Shown: positions 58,440-64,000 of the stretch, one piece after another
Numbering within the stretch: position 1 is the first letter of the stretch
Layout: each line of letters opens with the position of its first letter
From: Candidatus Omnitrophota bacterium
Lineage (GTDB): Bacteria; Omnitrophota; Gorgyraeia; Zapsychrales; Fredricksoniimonadaceae
Length of the DNA stretch: 64,000 nucleotides
Direction of reading: 5' to 3'
NCBI GenBank assembly: GCA_028870995.1
Contig: JAGWOI010000008.1
Coordinates: forward strand, 3,468-67,467
Position numbers and translations under genes: made by a program
The notes under the pieces: model-generated
The model's input: the letters and a program-made list of their open reading frames with translations, nothing else
What the model was told of the DNA's origin: nothing
Database searches by the model: none

Positions 58440-59816
58440 ATGAGCGAATCCATATCTCCCGAAGTCAATCGCAGCCTCAAGTCCTGCGTCAAGGAGGGGG
58501 TTTTTTCCCAGATCATGATCGGGATTTTTGATATTTACCTCAACCCCTTGGCCATCTTTTTAAGGGGATCGACGCTGGAAATCGGTCTTTTGGCCTCCAT
58601 ACCCGGTGTTCTGTCCGCATTCTCCCAGGTTTTTGCCACCGGCGCGGTGCGGTGCATGGGAAACCGCAGGAATCTTTTGGTGCGGGTGGCCTTGTTTCAA
58701 GCTTTTCTCATCCTGGCCATCCCGTTTCTATTGTTCCTGCATGGCCGGTCCCTGCGCATCGAATTGTTGATTATTCTGGCCACCTTGTTCAGGGTATCTG
58801 GTTCTTTCATGGGACCGGCCTGGGGCAGTATGGTCAGCGAGTATTTGCCGGCACATTCACGCGGAGCCTTTTTTGGACGCCGGACCCAGATCATCAGCAT
58901 CGCCGGGATCATCGGCATGGTTTTTTGGGGCCTGTTCCTGTTCTTCATGAAAAATTATAAATTGGAAATGCAGGGATTTTTTGTCATTTTTTTGTGCGCG
59001 CCGCTGTTCCGCCTTTTCTCTGCCTATTACATGAGCAGGCAGGTTGAAGTGCATCCGTCGCAATCGGCTCAAATGCACCAGGTCAGGATGGGGTTGAAAA
59101 ATACCAACTTCCTTTTTTTTGTCTTTTATACAGCCGCCATCACTTTCGCCACCCAGATGGCCTCACCGTACACGAGCGTGTACATGTTAAGAGATCTCAA
59201 TTTCAGCTATTGGAGCTACATGTGCGTCAATTTCGCCTCCATGTTTACCGGGCTCCTTTCATTTCCCATCTGGGGCCGGCATGCGGACATTCTGGGAAAC
59301 CTTAAAGTGCTGAAACTGACCGGCTGGCTGATCCCCTGGACGCCGATCCTGTATATGTTCAGCCACACGCCCTGGCAGTTAAGCGTGGTCGAAGTATTCA
59401 ATGGTTTTATCTGGGCAGGTTTCAACCTATGCGCCACTAATTTCATTTATGATGCCGCCCCTCCCCATAAACGGGTGCAATACATTTGTTACTCCAACAT
59501 CGTCAACGGTATCGCCTTGTTTTCCGGGGCCTCGATAGGAGGCGTGCTGGGCTCCCATTTGCCGTTGGTGGACGGTTCCCGCTTATTCTTTCTTTTTATG
59601 ATCTCTTCATTTTTCCGCCTGATGTCCCAGTGGCTGATTTTTCCCCAAGTCCATGAGGTCAGGGTCGCCTACCGCAAAGTGCACAGCTACACCTTGTTTT
59701 TCAGTGTTTTGGGTATCAGGCCCATATTCGGCCGGGATGTGGAATCGCCCACCTTGTCCCGGCCGTTTTCCCACCGGTTCAAAATGTTTTTCAGGGCGGC
59801 ATTAAGGCCGCGGTGA
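58440..59816 (+). CDS. MFS transporter
   Basis: About 12 TMs; RGAFFGRR and WGRHADILGN. Confidence 0.88.
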   Translation: MSESISPEVNRSLKSCVKEGVFSQIMIGIFDIYLNPLAIFLRGSTLEIGLLASIPGVLSAFSQVFATGAVRCMGNRRNLLVRVALFQAFLILAIPFLLFLHGRSLRIELLIILATLFRVSGSFMGPAWGSMVSEYLPAHSRGAFFGRRTQIISIAGIIGMVFWGLFLFFMKNYKLEMQGFFVIFLCAPLFRLFSAYYMSRQVEVHPSQSAQMHQVRMGLKNTNFLFFVFYTAAITFATQMASPYTSVYMLRDLNFSYWSYMCVNFASMFTGLLSFPIWGRHADILGNLKVLKLTGWLIPWTPILYMFSHTPWQLSVVEVFNGFIWAGFNLCATNFIYDAAPPHKRVQYICYSNIVNGIALFSGASIGGVLGSHLPLVDGSRLFFLFMISSFFRLMSQWLIFPQVHEVRVAYRKVHSYTLFFSVLGIRPIFGRDVESPTLSRPFSHRFKMFFRAALRPR

Positions 59817-59846
59817 GCGGTGTTTATATTAGAGAAAGAGTATGTC

Positions 59847-59990
59847 ATGAAAAGGATTTTTGTAGGGACCAGCGGTTGGAATTATAAGCATTGGCGTGAG
59901 CACATCATGGCATTTTTTAATAATGATGCCCATGGCTATGCCGTTGGTAATGCGTTAGAATTGAGGAAACTTTTGGGAGAAAACCTATGA
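59847..59990 (+). pseudogene. DUF72-family remnant with large in-frame internal deletion (47 aa)
   Basis: MKRIFVGTSGWNYKHWR fused to AFFNNDAHGYAVGNALELRKLL; ATGA overlap with xth. Confidence 0.8.
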
Positions 59991-60745
59991 GACTCCTGTC
60001 ATGGAATGTGAACGGATTGCGTTCGGTGCTGGACAAGGAATTATTCGCGGTTTTTGTAGAGAAATACCAGCCCGACGTGCTGTGCCTTCAGGAAACCAAG
60101 ACCCGTGATAAGGTGGATGTCAGGATTCCGGGCTATGAGGAGTTTTGGAACCATGCGCGGAAAGCCGGCTACGCCGGCACCGCCGTCTTTACCAGGATCA
60201 AACCTCTCAACCATGCCTATGGCATCGGAATCCCCCGACACGACGAGGAAGGGCGGGTGATCACCCTGGAATTCAACAATTTTTTCCTGGTCAACGTGTA
60301 TGTGCCTAATGCCAAGCGGGATCTCAGCCGTTTAAGCTATCGTACCAAGGAATGGGACGTTGATTTTTTGAAATACTTAAGAACTCTTGAGAAGAAGAAA
60401 GCCGTTGTCTTTTGCGGGGATTTGAACGTGGCCCATCAGGAAATCGATTTGTCCAATCCTAAAGCCAATGTGAAGAACCATGGATTCACACCGCAGGAAA
60501 GGGCTGGGTTTGATAAGATCATCGAGGCGGGTTTCATCGATACCTTCAGGGAATTTGAAAAGGCCGGCGGCCAGTACACCTGGTGGAGCCGTTTTAATAA
60601 CTGCCGTCAGCGCAATATCGGCTGGCGCATTGATTATTTCTGCATTTCGTCCTCTCTTAGGCGTAAGCTCAATAAGGCATTTATCCTCGATGCCGTCATG
60701 GGCTCAGACCATTGCCCCGTGGGCATTGAATTAAATACCCATTAA
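59987..60745 (+). CDS. xth: Exodeoxyribonuclease III (AP endonuclease)
   Basis: SWNVNGLR, LQETK, YVPN, GDLNVAH, GWRIDY and GSDHCP. Confidence 0.96.
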   Translation: MRLLSWNVNGLRSVLDKELFAVFVEKYQPDVLCLQETKTRDKVDVRIPGYEEFWNHARKAGYAGTAVFTRIKPLNHAYGIGIPRHDEEGRVITLEFNNFFLVNVYVPNAKRDLSRLSYRTKEWDVDFLKYLRTLEKKKAVVFCGDLNVAHQEIDLSNPKANVKNHGFTPQERAGFDKIIEAGFIDTFREFEKAGGQYTWWSRFNNCRQRNIGWRIDYFCISSSLRRKLNKAFILDAVMGSDHCPVGIELNTH

Positions 60746-60928
60746 AAAACCCTCCTGTGCTAACTATCAGCGTATACCCACTTTTGCGGTGGATATTTTT
60801 CTGAGGATGTCTCCCCTCTATTGGAGGAAACATTTTTCGTCAGCCAAGAGGGATATCTTCATGGCTACCGGTTACAAAATACCATGCCGAACATGAAGGC
60901 AGGATGAAGTTATCATTAAAAAAATCTT

Positions 60929-60972
60929 TTCATGTTCATTTCATTACTTCTTAATCTTGGTCTTGTTATTTT
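60929..60972 (+). promoter_or_regulatory. Promoter with 11-bp-periodic TT(C/A)AT array (copy 2)
   Basis: TTCAT-N6-TTCAT-N6-TTAAT-N6-CTTGT-TATTTT. Confidence 0.55.
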
Positions 60973-61021
60973 ATAAGTGGATTTCAATTCCAAGCAATTG
61001 ACATCAATGGAAGAGGTTTTT

Positions 61022-61243
61022 ATGCCGGAAAAGAAAACATTACGAAAAGCAGCCCAGGACAAGCGCGAAGGCAAGGCTGCCACTACTCAAGCTGGACATT
61101 TCATCGAGGAAGAAATGCGTCACGCCAGGCAAGGCAAGCACCCTGTCAAGTCGCGCAAGCAAGCCATTGCCATCGGCTTGTCAAAAGCCCGCAGGGCAGG
61201 TCTAAAGTTGCCGCCTAGGAAAAAGAGCCGTTCTTCGTCTTAA
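61022..61243 (+). CDS. Small basic protein (DUF6496-like)
   Basis: GAGG SD; KSRKQAIAIGLSKARRAG. Confidence 0.8.
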   Translation: MPEKKTLRKAAQDKREGKAATTQAGHFIEEEMRHARQGKHPVKSRKQAIAIGLSKARRAGLKLPPRKKSRSSS

Positions 61244-61259
61244 GAAAGGAGGGTTGACT

Positions 61260-61727
61260 ATGATCAGAATAAATTCCCGTCAAGCGGCCAAGCACCGCAA
61301 GGAAGTGCACCATTTGGACAAGACGCTCATGAAGGCCAATGAATGGTTGAAAGAAATACAGAATGAACTTCATTTGGAAGGTGAATTGGATGCCTATGCT
61401 TCATTACGGGCGGTGTTGCACGGCTTAAGGGACCATTTAAGCACCGATGAGGTGGCTCAATTGGGTGCCCAATTGCCTGTGCTTATCAGGGGCGTTTACT
61501 ATGAGGGATGGGACCCCAGGCCGAAGCCGGAGAGGGTCCATAATCCCCAGCAATTTATTGATGAAATAAAGAAACACATCCGGGAAGGTTTGAACCCAAC
61601 CTACGTCACGGAAGGCATTCTTAGGTTCTTGGAAAACAGGATGGGAGAGGGGGAGATCAATTCCATCAAAAGGATCCTGCCCCATTTATGGCCCGCCGGT
61701 ATCAGGGAAGGGTCGGTTATGGATTAG
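61260..61727 (+). CDS. DUF2267-family protein
   Basis: LRAVLHGLRD.L, LGAQLPVLIRGVYYEGW. Confidence 0.85.
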   Translation: MIRINSRQAAKHRKEVHHLDKTLMKANEWLKEIQNELHLEGELDAYASLRAVLHGLRDHLSTDEVAQLGAQLPVLIRGVYYEGWDPRPKPERVHNPQQFIDEIKKHIREGLNPTYVTEGILRFLENRMGEGEINSIKRILPHLWPAGIREGSVMD

Positions 61728-61756
61728 GCAGGCCTGTTTTGCTGCTGAAAAAGGGG

Positions 61757-62422
61757 ATGATTATGCCCGCGCAAATGACAGAAAGGATATTAGAAATTCC
61801 CATCAGAGAAAAGGCCCTGGGCGGTATCCTGACGGTGCCCACGGACCCCCACGGGATGATCGTTTTTGCCCACGGCAGCGGCAGCGGCCGGTTCAGTCCC
61901 AGAAACCAATTTGTGGCCGACCATCTTAATCATTCGGGTTTCGCCACCCTTTTGTTTGACCTGCTGACCCCCAAGGAGGAGGAGCTTGATGACGAGACCG
62001 GGAAATTGCGTTTCAATATCGAGTTTCTGACCGACAGGCTGGTCGTGACCGCGGACTGGTTGCGGGAGCATTTCGGGCTGTTCGATATGCCCTTCGGGTT
62101 TTTTGGTGCCAGCACCGGTGCCGCGGCCGCACTGGCGGCGGCCACCAAGCGCCCGTTTGTCGTCAGGGCGGTGGTGTCCAGGGGAGGCCGTCCGGATCTG
62201 GCCTCAGCCTCTTTGGCCTTTGTGCAGGTGCCGACCCTGCTCGTTGTCGGCGGTAACGACCCGGTCGTTCTTGAGCTCAACCGCAATGCGCTGGAGCAAC
62301 TACCGGTGCCGCAGAAACAACTTGAAATCGTTCCGGATGCGACCCACCTTTTTGAAGAGCCGGGGGCCCTGGAAAAGGTGGCCCAGCTGGCGTCTCAATG
62401 GTTCCTTGATTATTTGCTTTAG
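61757..62422 (+). CDS. Dienelactone hydrolase-like alpha/beta hydrolase
   Basis: FAHGSGSGRFSPRN, GASTG, SRGGRPDL and ATHLFEEPG. Confidence 0.88.
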   Translation: MIMPAQMTERILEIPIREKALGGILTVPTDPHGMIVFAHGSGSGRFSPRNQFVADHLNHSGFATLLFDLLTPKEEELDDETGKLRFNIEFLTDRLVVTADWLREHFGLFDMPFGFFGASTGAAAALAAATKRPFVVRAVVSRGGRPDLASASLAFVQVPTLLVVGGNDPVVLELNRNALEQLPVPQKQLEIVPDATHLFEEPGALEKVAQLASQWFLDYLL

Positions 62423-62438
62423 GGAAGGAAGGTATACG

Positions 62439-62891
62439 ATGAAGCTGACCAGCAATAAATTTCAACATAATGAGATGATCCCTGCCGTTTACACCTGTGA
62501 GGGGGAGAATATCAATCCGCCGCTTTCCATCAGTGATCTGCCGCCGCAAGCGCAAAGCCTGGTGCTTATCGTCGATGATCCCGACGCGCCCGGCAGCACC
62601 TTTATTCATTGGGTGGTTTATGATATCCCGGTCACCGGACACATTAAAGAAAACAGCGTTCCTGGAACAACCGGCATCAACGATTTTAAACGCCGCAATT
62701 ACGGAGGCCCTTGCCCGCCCTCGGGGGTGCATCATTATTATTTCAAGGCCTATGCCCTGGATACCAAGCTTGATTTGCCTGAGGGCCAGACCAAGGCGCA
62801 GATCGAGAAGGCCATGCAGGGCCATGTGCTGGACCAGGATGAACTTATCGGGCTGTTCAGCAAGGAGCGGCAAACGGCAGGACGCGTTTGA
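62439..62891 (+). CDS. YbhB/YbcL (PEBP) family protein
   Basis: YTCEG..PPL, DDPDAP, HWV and YGGPCPP..HHYYF. Confidence 0.92.
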   Translation: MKLTSNKFQHNEMIPAVYTCEGENINPPLSISDLPPQAQSLVLIVDDPDAPGSTFIHWVVYDIPVTGHIKENSVPGTTGINDFKRRNYGGPCPPSGVHHYYFKAYALDTKLDLPEGQTKAQIEKAMQGHVLDQDELIGLFSKERQTAGRV

Positions 62892-62892
62892 T

Positions 62893-62936
62893 TTAATCTT
62901 ATTTTAACTCTTCTTTAATTTCACCTTTGATACTTT
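62893..62936 (+). promoter_or_regulatory. Promoter with 11-bp-periodic TTAAT array (copy 3)
   Basis: TTAAT-N6-TTAAC-N6-TTAAT-N6-TTTGA-TACTTT, then AAGGAG SD. Confidence 0.6.
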
Positions 62937-62957
62937 CTCATCGAAAGGAGTTGCCTT

Positions 62958-63590
62958 ATGCCAACGATGACAATGACCGGCCCGTTCAAACTGCCGGAAT
63001 TACCCTATGCTGCCAACAGTCTGGAGCCTTATATCGACAGCAAGATCATGGAAATCCACCATGACAAGCACCATGGCGGATATGTGGCCAATTTGAACAG
63101 CGCCATTGCCGGTACGGAGGCGGAAAATGCGAGTATCGAAGATATCTGCAGACAGGTTTCTAAATATCCTGCGGTCGTCCGCAATAACGGCGGTGGGCAT
63201 TACAACCACGCCATGCTATGGACGATCATGTCTCCTGAAGGAGGGGGGACGCCGCACGGCGACCTGCTCAATTTCATCAATGATTCCTTCGGTTTTTTTG
63301 AAACGTTTAAAAAACAATTCTCCGAAGCCGGCATGAACCGTTTCGGGTCGGGTTGGGCGTGGCTGATCGTTGATGACAGTAAGCGGTTGGTGGTCTGCTC
63401 AACGTCAAACCAGGACAACCCCTTGATGGATGTGGCCCCGGTGAAGGGTTTCCCTATTCTCGGCATGGATGTGTGGGAACATGCCTATTACTTGAAATAT
63501 CAAAACCGCCGGGCTGATTATATTACTGCTTTCTGGAACCTCATCAACTGGGACGAGGTCAACAGGCGCCTGGCCATGGTCATGGAATGA
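62958..63590 (+). CDS. sodA: Superoxide dismutase, Mn-type signature
   Basis: HHDKHH, NNGGGHYNH, FGSGWAWL, NQDNP and DVWEHAYY. Confidence 0.93.
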   Translation: MPTMTMTGPFKLPELPYAANSLEPYIDSKIMEIHHDKHHGGYVANLNSAIAGTEAENASIEDICRQVSKYPAVVRNNGGGHYNHAMLWTIMSPEGGGTPHGDLLNFINDSFGFFETFKKQFSEAGMNRFGSGWAWLIVDDSKRLVVCSTSNQDNPLMDVAPVKGFPILGMDVWEHAYYLKYQNRRADYITAFWNLINWDEVNRRLAMVME

Positions 63591-63617
63591 GTAGGAAATG
63601 AAAAGGAGGTGATTCAT

Positions 63618-64000
63618 ATGGATCACGGACAAGGAGTACTTTTGGACCGTACAACGATTTTCTCGGTTGAAAGCGGGTCATTGATCGAGGGATTGACAGG
63701 AATAGGAGGGATGGTCCTGGCCATTATCGGTTTGGCCGGAATCATACCGGAAATGATGCTTTCTGTGGCTGTTATTGCCATCGGCGCCGGTTTGCTGCTG
63801 CAAGGCATGGCCGTGGCCGCGCGTTTCTCGGCCATCCTGAGTGAAGCTGAAGCCGCTGCCGTCCAATCTGGCGCGGAGCTGAGGGGCAGCGTTTCCGTCG
63901 AGACAATCGGAGGAATAGCCGGTATTGCCCTTGGTATTTTGGCGTTGATCGGTATTTTCCCCATGGTATTAAATGCGGTGGCCGCCATAGTATTCGGAGT
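63618..64000 (+). CDS. Gly/Ala-rich membrane protein (3' end truncated by window)
   Basis: AGGAGG SD; open frame MDHGQGV... with repeated E...GI.G..L.I..L.GI.P segments; absent from the ORF track because it has no stop in the window. Confidence 0.8.
   Translation, partial: MDHGQGVLLDRTTIFSVESGSLIEGLTGIGGMVLAIIGLAGIIPEMMLSVAVIAIGAGLLLQGMAVAARFSAILSEAEAAAVQSGAELRGSVSVETIGGIAGIALGILALIGIFPMVLNAVAAIVFG

Noticed and set aside
63623-63988. Minus-strand ORF offered by the track at the window end
   Set aside because: The + strand frame from 63618 has a strong SD and a coherent membrane-protein pattern; it was missed only because it has no stop in the window.

Overview
Bacterial chromosomal window, with every credible gene on the + strand. 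It is from a diderm (LptD, WaaL, GT9, OprM-type proteins). The gene content (TMTC-like TPR proteins, DUF6515-like proteins, GGGACAGTCCC-type palindromes) is suggestive of PVC superphylum/Omnitrophota, which is inference only. Layout: (1) 1-2987, two GGDEF cyclases and a histidine kinase; (2) 3112-29441, a ~26 kb operon-like run from a ROK kinase and lptD through an LPS/surface-glycan cluster to priA and fmt; (3) tandem galT, tRNA-Phe and an orphan feoA; (4) 31991-38760, a 2OG-Fe(II) oxygenase, an ELM1/GtrOC1 protein, a 649-aa unknown protein, a KirBac-like channel and small genes; (5) 38925-58180, two RND efflux systems with MarR, Spy-like and TPR genes; (6) tRNA-Ile2 and a stress-gene region (MFS, DUF72 remnant, xth, DUF2267, hydrolase, YbhB, SOD). 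No CRISPR, rRNA, integrase or transposase was seen. Most notable: a candidate undescribed GDP-sugar pathway (miniature split ThDP enzyme, B12 radical SAM, His-type PLP dehydratase, HddA/HddC/GmhB, and an Fcl lacking its glycine motif); a separately promoted oxygenase-ELM1-unknown protein unit followed by a Kir channel whose K+ filter is replaced; several apparent pseudo-enzymes (GalT, PriA); a tRNA-Phe with a swapped A18/G55 elbow; and three promoters that share an 11-bp-periodic TTAAT array. All family assignments come from motif recognition by eye, not from database searches.
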